From: Actinomycetota bacterium
GTDB lineage: Bacteria; Actinomycetota; Humimicrobiia; Humimicrobiales; Humimicrobiaceae
Assembly (NCBI GenBank): GCA_016870615.1
Contig: VGAZ01000002.1
Span: 1-61,695, forward strand
Length of the DNA: 61,695 bases
Direction: 5' to 3'
Part shown: in pieces, positions 51,471 through 59,889 of the stretch
How the letters are laid out: each line of letters begins with the position of its first letter
Position numbering within the stretch: position 1 is the first letter of the stretch
Notes under the pieces: generated by a model
What the model was told of the DNA's origin: nothing
Databases searched by the model: none
What the model saw: the letters and a program-made list of their open reading frames with translations, nothing else
Made by a program: the position numbers and the translations under genes

Positions 51471-51650
51471 ATATTTATTATCTGGCAAGGAAACTTGAAT
51501 ATAATGGAGATTGCTGAAGGCTATTTATTAATGCCGGAAGTAATTATAATCATAAAAATTAAGTATAATGGTGTCCCATTGTTTACAAATTTGGAACCAG
51601 ATTTTTTAAGAAATAAACCTGATAAACAATCTAAAATATCAATATATTTT

Positions 51651-52820
51651 TTATTTATTTAATTTTTTTGGAAAAAAACTTAGCAGCAGATCAATATTTG
51701 CCCAATATTTGTCTTGTTCGTTTCTTAATAATTCTAGGTTAATTAGCTCCTTAAGATCTCTTGTCAAAGTTCTCTGTGATAATATTTTATATGTTGCAGC
51801 AATATCAACTGTTAAATTTAATATTTCATCAATTGTAAATTTTTTAAAAATAGGAATTGAAAGAATCAGATTTCTTCTTCTTTTATTCAAATTTTCATTT
51901 TTACTTTTAATTTTACTTGTACGAAAAATTTCATGTATATAGTTCGCCCAGGATGTTTTAAACTGGTCTACTTGAGTAAGTTCTAAAATATTATTTAATC
52001 CGTCTCTGTAACCCTTAATAGCATAAGCTAAAAAATCACTTAAATTTCCTGTCTTAGTTGATTTTTCCAAATGCCTGTAGTATTCATTTCTGGTTTCATT
52101 ATAAAAATTAGATAATAAGTGCGATGCAATATCCGGATTACCTGCACGCAATAAAATATAAAATTCCAGCAATCTTGCAGTTCTGCCATTTCCATCCCCA
52201 AAAGGATGAATCCATGCAATATAGACATGCGAGATAATTGCCTGTATTACTGAATCTTTAAAATTTTGTCCCTTAGAAAAGTGAAATTCTTTAATGCTCC
52301 AATCACAAAATTGTTTTAGTAATGGCCCAACATCATGATAATCAGGTGGCCTATACTTTGTACCGACATTTACATTGCAATCACGAATTTTTCCGGGGAT
52401 AGCTTGAAAATGATCCCCTAGGTCTTTACCAACAAGATAATTAAATCTCTTGATTAAATCAGGTGAAATTATCTCGAATTTATTATAAATTGCTACTTCT
52501 CTTAATAACTCGTTTAATGCATTTAAAATATTTCTAACTTCGGTTTCCTGGTATTCTTTACTGGGAGGTAGCTTAATACCCTCATTTACCTTTTCAACTT
52601 CTTCATCGGAAAGAGTATTTCCTTCAATTGCAGTAGTGGACTGTGCGCCTTTAGTTAAAGAAACGTTCAATAAAACTTTTCTATATTCAGGCCTGATGGG
52701 AATATTACGTATAGCTTTGATAATTGCATCACATTGGCCTAATTCATATACCGTGTCCTCTTTTAACTCCCATTTTGGCAAAAAAGATATATGAGGATAC
52801 TTTTCTATAATTATTTTCAT
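51651..52820 (-). CDS. Fic-family protein (class II, N-terminal inhibitory motif) with C-terminal wHTH-like domain
   Basis: Fic motif HPFGDGNGRTAR. Inhibitory (S/T)xxxE(G/N) motif STTAIEGN lies upstream in the same chain. 389 aa. Confidence 0.9.
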   Translation of the reverse strand: MKIIIEKYPHISFLPKWELKEDTVYELGQCDAIIKAIRNIPIRPEYRKVLLNVSLTKGAQSTTAIEGNTLSDEEVEKVNEGIKLPPSKEYQETEVRNILNALNELLREVAIYNKFEIISPDLIKRFNYLVGKDLGDHFQAIPGKIRDCNVNVGTKYRPPDYHDVGPLLKQFCDWSIKEFHFSKGQNFKDSVIQAIISHVYIAWIHPFGDGNGRTARLLEFYILLRAGNPDIASHLLSNFYNETRNEYYRHLEKSTKTGNLSDFLAYAIKGYRDGLNNILELTQVDQFKTSWANYIHEIFRTSKIKSKNENLNKRRRNLILSIPIFKKFTIDEILNLTVDIAATYKILSQRTLTRDLKELINLELLRNEQDKYWANIDLLLSFFPKKLNK

Positions 52821-52839
52821 TTATTTGATGTTTTTATTT

Positions 52840-52891
52840 TTGACAAATTTGTTGACAAATACAATATACTTTTTGTCTTAAAATTTGTCAA
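52840..52891 (-). promoter_or_regulatory. Fic promoter (TTGACA-17-TATATT) with three copies of TTGACAAAT (two direct, one inverted)
   Basis: Minus strand -35 at 52891-52886 and -10 at 52868-52863. 9-mers at 52840-52848, 52852-52860 and, inverted, 52883-52891. Confidence 0.6.
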
Positions 52892-52903
52892 GTTTGAGAT
52901 ACT

Positions 52904-53301
52904 GTCCATTCAAGTCCCTATTAACATGCCTTTTTGGCATGTTTATATACATTCAGCTTTACTTATTGAATTTAAATTTGATGGTGTCGGAAGGGGGACT
53001 TGGTCTTTCGTCTCGCCTGCTGGCTCGCTGCAGAGCCGCGGACTCACTCGCCTTCGCTCGCTCCGTCCATTCAAGTCCCATAAACATGCCTTTTTGGCAT
53101 GTTTATATACATTCAGCTTTACTTATTGAATTTAAATTTGATGGTGTCGGAAGGGGGACTTGGTCTTTCGTCTCGCCTGCTGGCTCGCTGCAGAGCCGCG
53201 GACTCACTCGCCTTCGCTCGCTCCGTCCATTCAAGTCCCATAAACATGCCTTTTTGGCATGTTTATATACATTCAGCTTTACTTATTGAATTTAAATTTG
53301 A

Positions 53302-53322
<21 letters not shown>
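52904..53322. repeat. Tandem repeat, ~2.6 copies of a 160/161-bp unit, each with a 21-nt copy of the tRNA-Leu 3' end
   Basis: Units start at 52904, 53065 and 53225. They are identical except TATTA versus ATAA near 52919. TGGTGTCGGAAGGGGGACTTG occurs at 52982-53002, 53142-53162 and in the true tRNA at 53302-53322. Confidence 0.92.
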
Positions 53323-53390
<68 letters not shown>

Positions 53391-53529
53391 TTTATAATAG
53401 GTTTGTTTTACTTAAAAAACTCTTTGACTTTTAAAAGCAACCTATCATAACAATACTGGTTGTTGCTTAAAGCGCATTAATATTCTATTTATATTGTATA
53501 TATATGTCAATCAATTTTAAGAACTTGTT

Positions 53530-53643
53530 AGCATCTATAATTTTGTGATTAAATAAATAATATGCCAGGATAGGTATTGATAAACCGTTTGAAGGCTAAG
53601 CGGGCATGGTTTCATTTATTACTATCCAAAAATTTTAGATGCT
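53530..53643. repeat. Intergenic repeat element copy B with 15-nt terminal inverted repeats
   Basis: AGCATCTATAATTTT (53530-53544) is the inverted match of AAAATTTTAGATGCT (53629-53643), 14/15. The interior 53530-53609 aligns with 20849-20929. Confidence 0.5.
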
Positions 53644-53727
53644 TTTTAAGAACTTAACCTGGAAGAAAACAAATCATTAACAACAAGTTTGAATGATATA
53701 GCTTATAATACATCACTAAATTTATGA

Positions 53728-55527
53728 TTATTCCTGCCTGGGCTTAAGGCCTATTGCTAAATGTTCCCATAAATTGCCCGGTTTTACAATTAATGCGAGG
53801 TCCTTGTCTCCTTCAATGCTTTGCAGCAGGTTAAGGTCTGCCGGTATATTTAAAATATCAATATTGCCCTCGTTTAACATGCTTATCAGATAATTCATAT
53901 CCGAATTAAAAATGAATTTTATTGCATCTATTTCCGGTTTTTTTCCAACATAATGGGGATTGGAGTGCACAATTATATGATTGCCTTTTACCCACTCCTT
54001 TAAAATAAATGGTCCGCTTCCAAAAATATTTTCAGCAAATAATTCACTGATTTTTTTGTCCTTGAGCATACTTTCGGGAAATAATATACTAAACTGGTCT
54101 TCCCAGTTGGCATTATACTGCTTAAAAGTTACTGAAAACTCTTTTTCATCTATCGCTTCACATGAAGTGATATTACTGTAATCAGCCCACATATAGCTTA
54201 TTTTTTCATCAGATTTTATTGCGTTTATGCTTGCAGCAACATCATATGCAGTAATTGGAGTTCCATCCTGCCAGTATATTTCGTTTTTTAATCTGATCTT
54301 TGCTTTAAGGCTTAATCTAATGTCATCTTTGCCTGTATCGTCTCCGGTTTCTATGCCTTCAACAAGCAGCGGCTCATAATGGCCATAGTCTTTCTTTTGC
54401 CATAAGCCACATAATATAAGCCCGTTTATATGGTCCCTGTATATATTATCAGGAATAAACGGGTTTAAAAGATATGGCTCCTGCTGATATCCGGCAATAA
54501 GACTTTTTTGTATGCCTTCAACACCATCATTATCTTCAGCATTATCCTTCTTGGAACCCTCTTCAGAAGCAATATCCATCTCAGTAATATTTTTAAGAAA
54601 ACTGCCGTTATCTTCGTCGATATCGATACCTGAAATTTTTTTATTATATGCTACGCAAAATATCCTGCTGTAAAGAGGCAGTATAAATGCGCTTTCAGCA
54701 AGTATTGACTGGAGCCTGCCTGCGTCATTATTATCAATAAAAGCAGGATTTTCTGATAATATTTTATTAAGCAGTGTCTCAAAATCCTTATTGCTGTACC
54801 AGTAATAATTATTGCAGTTTTTGTTTGTGTCAGATTCCATCGGGGGGATTTTGTCAGAGCTGAAATAATTAACAAGGGAGTAAAAATCAGGTGTATATAT
54901 AGCCCAGAGCCCGAGCTCATAATCGCCTTTCTTTACATAATCTACGTACCACTCACGCGATTCCTTGTTTGAAATCCAGACTTTTATACCAATAGCATCC
55001 AGGTTTTCTTTTATTATCTCTTCAATTACCTGCCTTGAAGGACTTTCCGCCCCAGCGCCAATTGTCAAATAGAGAGGTTGGCCAATGTCATATCCTGCTG
55101 TTTTAAGGTATTCTTTTGCCTTAGCAGGATTGTAGCTATAAATATCCCATGCAGGATAGTAGTATTTGCTGCCTGGATTAAATACACTGTTTAATACTGT
55201 CCCGTATTCTGCAAACAACTCTTCTGAAATTCTTTTCCTGTCTATTGCGTAAAAAATGGCTTTCCTGATATTCAAATCACTTAAAGGATTTTTATCAGCC
55301 TGTTTGTTCTTAAGCTCAAAAAAATATTGTTCTGTAAATAAATAATCTGCAGAATTGTCCTCTTCAACGCTTTCCTGGGTGTTTTGAAACCCTTCAATTC
55401 CGGAATAGCCAAGTTTTTCATACTGGCATGCACTTAATATTGCGCTTGCTGTAATAGCCAATATCAAAAATAGCAGGTAGAACTTGCTTGCAGTAAATTT
55501 TTTTAATTCTTTATTATCATCCAGCAT
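53728..55527 (-). CDS. Family-5 (OppA/DppA-type) substrate-binding lipoprotein with circularly permuted segment order
   Basis: Start trimmed to Met31 (MLDDNKE...; lipobox LSAC). Segments matching the canonical C-terminal two-fifths precede those matching the canonical N-terminal three-fifths (see finding). Confidence 0.8.
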   Translation of the reverse strand: MLDDNKELKKFTASKFYLLFLILAITASAILSACQYEKLGYSGIEGFQNTQESVEEDNSADYLFTEQYFFELKNKQADKNPLSDLNIRKAIFYAIDRKRISEELFAEYGTVLNSVFNPGSKYYYPAWDIYSYNPAKAKEYLKTAGYDIGQPLYLTIGAGAESPSRQVIEEIIKENLDAIGIKVWISNKESREWYVDYVKKGDYELGLWAIYTPDFYSLVNYFSSDKIPPMESDTNKNCNNYYWYSNKDFETLLNKILSENPAFIDNNDAGRLQSILAESAFILPLYSRIFCVAYNKKISGIDIDEDNGSFLKNITEMDIASEEGSKKDNAEDNDGVEGIQKSLIAGYQQEPYLLNPFIPDNIYRDHINGLILCGLWQKKDYGHYEPLLVEGIETGDDTGKDDIRLSLKAKIRLKNEIYWQDGTPITAYDVAASINAIKSDEKISYMWADYSNITSCEAIDEKEFSVTFKQYNANWEDQFSILFPESMLKDKKISELFAENIFGSGPFILKEWVKGNHIIVHSNPHYVGKKPEIDAIKFIFNSDMNYLISMLNEGNIDILNIPADLNLLQSIEGDKDLALIVKPGNLWEHLAIGLKPRQE

Positions 55528-55555
55528 AATTATAAAATATATCCGGGCTAAAATA

Positions 55556-56563
55556 TTAAATTGGCTTACCGGCAAAAAAGCAGGCCGCCAGATGTCCCTC
55601 TGCAGAAGAAATCGCATGTTTTTTTAATTCAGGCTCCTCCCTGCTGCAGATTTCCTGGGCATTTGGGCATCTCGGATTAAACCTGCATCCATTAGGGGGG
55701 CTAATAGGGCTTGGCACATCCCCCTGCAGTATTATCCTTTTCCTCTTTCTTTCAACTTCAGGGTCAGGTATTGGAACTGCTGACAACAACCCCATAGTAT
55801 AGGGGTGAAGTGGTTTTTCGTAAAGGTCCTTACTTTCAGCAACTTCCACAATTTTACCCAGGTACATTACTGCAACTCTGTTGCTTACATGTTTTACAAC
55901 AGAAAGATCATGGGCTATGAAGAGATAGGTGAGATCAAACTCTTTTTGAAGGCTGTTCATCAAGTTAAGTATTTGCACCTGTACTGAAACATCAAGAGCT
56001 GACACCGGTTCATCGCAGAGTATAAGTTTTGGAGTTAGCGCAAGCGCCCTTGCAATACCGATTCTCTGTCTCTGTCCGCCGGAAAATTCATGGGGGTACC
56101 TGTTGATATGCTCAGGGTTTAATCCTACTGTTTTTAAAAGTTCCTTGACTTTTTTCCTCCTTATTTTTTTATCGCCAATACGGTGTATTTCAAGAGGCTC
56201 CCCTATTATATCTCCAACAGTCATCCTGGGCGAAAGCGATGCATATGGATCCTGGAAAATTATCTGTATGTCCCTTCTTGTATTAAACATCTGGCGATTA
56301 TTCATTTTGAAAATGTCATTGCCATTATATAAAGCCTGCCCTGAAGTGGGGTTGGTTAAACGCAATATAACTCTTGATGTTGTTGATTTTCCGCAGCCGC
56401 TTTCCCCAACAAGCCCAAATGTCTCACCTTTTTTAATATAAAAACTTATATCGTCAACCGCTTTTATAGAGCCGGCAGACCGATGAGACAGAAAACCGCT
56501 TCTTAAATTAAAATATTTTTTAAGGTTTTTTACTTCAAGTATCCTGTTATTATTGTCTTTCAT
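55556..56563 (-). CDS. oppF: Oligopeptide/dipeptide ABC transporter ATP-binding protein (OppF-like)
   Basis: Walker A GESGCGKST, signature FSGGQRQR, and a C-terminal oligopeptide ABC Cys-containing extension. Confidence 0.9.
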   Translation of the reverse strand: MKDNNNRILEVKNLKKYFNLRSGFLSHRSAGSIKAVDDISFYIKKGETFGLVGESGCGKSTTSRVILRLTNPTSGQALYNGNDIFKMNNRQMFNTRRDIQIIFQDPYASLSPRMTVGDIIGEPLEIHRIGDKKIRRKKVKELLKTVGLNPEHINRYPHEFSGGQRQRIGIARALALTPKLILCDEPVSALDVSVQVQILNLMNSLQKEFDLTYLFIAHDLSVVKHVSNRVAVMYLGKIVEVAESKDLYEKPLHPYTMGLLSAVPIPDPEVERKRKRIILQGDVPSPISPPNGCRFNPRCPNAQEICSREEPELKKHAISSAEGHLAACFFAGKPI

Positions 56564-56614
56564 TTTCCTAACTTATATCTTAAAACAGTTTAATATTTTA
56601 AAAACAATTGCCAT

Positions 56615-57631
56615 CTATTTCTTTCTTTTAAGACTGCCGCTTAAAAATTCTTCAGCCCTTATGCAGGAAGTAAAGTGCCCTTTTTCAATTTCTAAAAGCG
56701 GAGGAAGTATGTTTTTACATTTATCAATAGCATATTTGCATCTTACCCTGAATATGCAGCCCCGGGGCAAGTCAATAAGGCTTGGAGGATTTCCCTCAAT
56801 TGGCTTTAAATGCTCCCTTTTTGCCTCGTCAAGCCTTGTTATTGATTTCATAAGCCCCAGCGTGTATGGATGGCAGGGTTTATAAAAGATTGTATCTACA
56901 TCTGAAAACTCAACCGTTTTGCCAGCATACATAACCATTACCCTGTCAGCATATTTTGCAACAACACCCAGGTCATGCGTTATTATAATAATTGATGATT
57001 TTGTCTTTTCTTTGAGCTCATGCATAAGTTCAAGTATTTGAGCTTGTATTGTTACATCAAGCGCAGTTGTGGGCTCATCGGCAATTAAAATATTGGGGCT
57101 GTTAGCTATTGCCATAGCAATCATTGCCCTCTGCCTCATGCCGCCTGAAAACTCATGGGGATAGCTGTTAAATCTTCTTTTAAGGTCAGGAATGCCTACC
57201 ATTTCAAGCAGTTTTAAGCTTTCCTGCTTTGCAGTTTTTTTATCAACATTCCTGTGCGCAATTATTGCTTCCATAATCTGGTTGCCAATAGTAAATACAG
57301 GATTTAAGCTTGTCATAGGATCCTGGAAAATCATGGAAATCCTGTTTCCCCTGAAATCCTGCAGTTCCTTAATATTCATATCAAGAATATTCCTGCCTTT
57401 AAAAAGAATCTCGCCTTCCACAATTTTTCCCGGCGGCTGCTTTATAAGGCGGAGAATTGAAAGAGCAGTAACGCTTTTTCCGGAACCAGTCTCGCCCACT
57501 ATCCCGAGCGTCTCCATTACATTTAAATCAAAAGACACACCATCAACAGCTTTTACAACTCCCCCGTCTGTAAAGAAGTAAGTTTTTAAGTTTTTTACTT
57601 CCAGTATTTTGTTATTTTGCTGTAAATCCAT
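56615..57631 (-). CDS. oppD: Oligopeptide/dipeptide ABC transporter ATP-binding protein (OppD-like)
   Basis: Walker A GETGSGKS, signature FSGGMRQR, Walker B IADEPTTALD. Confidence 0.9.
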   Translation of the reverse strand: MDLQQNNKILEVKNLKTYFFTDGGVVKAVDGVSFDLNVMETLGIVGETGSGKSVTALSILRLIKQPPGKIVEGEILFKGRNILDMNIKELQDFRGNRISMIFQDPMTSLNPVFTIGNQIMEAIIAHRNVDKKTAKQESLKLLEMVGIPDLKRRFNSYPHEFSGGMRQRAMIAMAIANSPNILIADEPTTALDVTIQAQILELMHELKEKTKSSIIIITHDLGVVAKYADRVMVMYAGKTVEFSDVDTIFYKPCHPYTLGLMKSITRLDEAKREHLKPIEGNPPSLIDLPRGCIFRVRCKYAIDKCKNILPPLLEIEKGHFTSCIRAEEFLSGSLKRKK

Positions 57632-57669
57632 TTTTAAATCAGCCGGTTTCAGAAAATATTAAATCTATA

Positions 57670-58619
57670 TTATTGCTTCATCTTAGGGTCAAATGCATCC
57701 CTTAAACCATCACCAAGCAATACAAAACCTAGTACAGTTATAAGTATTACCAGGCCCGGGAAAATCATCATCCAGGGGGCAATATCAATATAATCAAGTG
57801 ACTCCGAAAGCATTTTCCCCCATGCAGGCGTTGGCGGCTGCACACCAATTCCAAGAAAGCTCAATGCAGCTTCAACTATTATCGCAGTACCGACATTCAT
57901 TGTTGCATACACGATTATAGGGGCAAAGGAATTCGGGAATATGTGCTTTGTAATTATACGGTAATTGCTTGCACCAAGAGCCCTTGCCGCTTCAATGTAT
58001 TCCTTGTTTTTAATTGAAAGTATCGAACCTCTAAATATTCTTGCAAAAGATGCCCATCCAAGAAGCCCTATTGCTATAAATATATTGATTATGCCTGGAC
58101 CAAGCACAGTCATTATCGCTATAGCCCCAAGTATATAAGGGAATGCAAAAAATATATCTGCTACCCTCATGATAATTGCATCGGATGCTCCGCCAAAATA
58201 ACCGGAAAGGGCTCCCATTAACAGCCCTATAATAACTGAGATGCCCACTGCAATAATCCCTACTTCAAGGGATACTCTGCTTCCGTATATCACCCTGCTT
58301 AATATGTCCCTGCCAAGCAAATCAGTCCCAAACCAGTAAGTCCTGCCTGGACCAAGCAATGAATCTTCTTTAACACGGCTTATAGGGTCAAATGGCGCAA
58401 TAAGCGGCGCAAATATTGCAATTATTACAAGGAGCAATACAATTGAAAGCCCTACCATGGCAAGTTTATTCCTTTTTAGTCTTTTCCATGCACTTTATAA
58501 AGAGACGTCCTGGTATATTTTTTCTCCATAAAAAAATCTTCAGCAAGCCCTATTGTTACTTCGCTGTCTTCAACACTTCTGTCAATTTCAATGTCTTTTA
58601 TTTTATTTTCTTCATCCAT
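57670..58619 (-). pseudogene. oppC: Oligopeptide ABC permease OppC-like, N-terminal region displaced by a 1-nt frameshift
   Basis: The track ORF starts at MVGL (58458). The same frame upstream reads (S)AWKRLKRNKLA with no start codon, right after a TAA. A second frame (ATG 58619, stop 58476-58478) reads MDEENK...KKYTRTSLYKVHGKD*. Together they give ...SLYKV-AWKRLKRNKLAMVGL, a canonical OppC N-terminus. Confidence 0.78.
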
Positions 58620-58684
58620 TTTTTTAAAAAATATACCGGATATAATTTACCTGATAAAAACCGCAACCTGGATTGATAAGCCGG

Positions 58685-59629
58685 TTAAAGGCCCGGCTCC
58701 CTCTTTTCATATCTTATTCTAGGATCAAGCCATGCATAAATTATATCCACAATTAAATTCATTATCACAAAAATACTGACAAGTATTATAGTTCCCCCGA
58801 TTACAACCGGGGCATCGCGCTGAAGGACTGCAAGATATAAAGTCCTTCCCACACCCGGCCAGTTAAACACAGTCTCAGTAAGAATTGCGCCGCCCATGAG
58901 TGCGCCAAGGTCAAGGCCAACCAGGGTAACAACAGGAATAAGCGCATTTTTCATTGCATGCTTTCCAACAACTTTAAACTGAGAAAGCCCTTTTGCATAT
59001 GCAGTAACAATATAATCATTTGAAAGTGCTTCAAGCATTGTGCTTCTCATCATTCTAGCAACATATGCGATGGATACAGATGCCAGGGTAATTGCGGGAA
59101 GTATATAATACTTTATGCTTCCGTCTCCATAACCCGACATTGGGAGCCAGCCAAGTTTTAGCCCAAATGTAACCTGCAATATCATTCCGAGCCAGTATAC
59201 GGGCACACACACAACAATTGTAGTAGAGATAGTAACAAGGCTGTCCCAGAAACTGTACTTCTTGACTGCAGAAACAATGCCGGCAAAAAGCCCTATTATT
59301 ATTTCCAGAATTATTGCTGCAAAAGCAAGCCTTATTGAATAGGGATAATGCTGGGCAAGGATGCTGTTTACTGAACGTCCGTACCTGTATGAAGTCCCAA
59401 GGTCACCGCTGAACAACCCCCTCATATATCTCCAGTACTGTACATGCAGGGGCCTGTCTATTCCCATCTTCGCCCTCAGATTTGCAAGAGCTTCAGGAGT
59501 TGCGCCTTTTTGCAGGATAAGCTGGGCAGGATCTTCAGGAATTACATACATGAGGATAAAAAGTATAAGGGTAACGCCTATAATAACAGGGATTATCTGG
59601 AGTATTCTTCTTAAAATAAAATAAAGCAT
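58685..59629 (-). CDS. oppB: Oligopeptide ABC permease OppB-like
   Basis: 314 aa. MLYFILRRILQIIPVIIGVTLILF is the typical OppB/DppB N-terminus. Six TM helices. Confidence 0.9.
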   Translation of the reverse strand: MLYFILRRILQIIPVIIGVTLILFILMYVIPEDPAQLILQKGATPEALANLRAKMGIDRPLHVQYWRYMRGLFSGDLGTSYRYGRSVNSILAQHYPYSIRLAFAAIILEIIIGLFAGIVSAVKKYSFWDSLVTISTTIVVCVPVYWLGMILQVTFGLKLGWLPMSGYGDGSIKYYILPAITLASVSIAYVARMMRSTMLEALSNDYIVTAYAKGLSQFKVVGKHAMKNALIPVVTLVGLDLGALMGGAILTETVFNWPGVGRTLYLAVLQRDAPVVIGGTIILVSIFVIMNLIVDIIYAWLDPRIRYEKREPGL

Positions 59630-59807
59630 ACAAATCCTGTATTTATATTATTAATGCAATAAAAACTGCCCGGCAATAATATAATTTAAACAATCAAACA
59701 GTTGTGTGTATTTATATTAGTAAGTACTCTTATTTTTAAAATGCTTAATTTTATAATGAAATTAGATTAATAACAATAAAAGCAGCAGTTAAAACAGCCT
59801 CAAATAT

Positions 59808-59840
59808 ATTGTAGCCTGCACATTCGGCACAGGCTACAAT
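59808..59840 (-). terminator. Intercistronic stem-loop between oppA and oppB (attenuator or mRNA stabiliser)
   Basis: 11-bp stem ATTGTAGCCTG / CAGGCTACAAT with an 11-nt loop. The U-tract on the coding (minus) strand is weak. Confidence 0.4.
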
Positions 59841-59889
59841 TTATTTTAACAACAATTTAATGCTTAAGTAACAACACTGTAATTCTTAT

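Noticed and set aside
51484-51580. Possible degenerate second att site left of Fic: GGCAAGGAAACTTGAA at 51484-51499 and ATGGTGTC at about 51569-51576, both resembling parts of the tRNA-Leu 3' end.
   Set aside because: The two pieces are in the wrong order and about 70 nt apart. An 8-mer match is expected by chance in 61 kb. No integrase is present.
53003-53068. Resemblance of the GC-rich core (CTCGCT/GAGCGAGCG iterations, adjacent PstI and SacII sites) to cloning-vector or parvoviral ITR-like sequence.
   Set aside because: From memory it is similar only in flavour to the pUC ori-proximal CTCGCTCACTGACTCGCTGCGCTCGG and to the AAV Rep-binding GAGC repeats, not identical. It is also embedded between tRNA-derived segments. 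Contamination cannot be fully excluded without a UniVec search.
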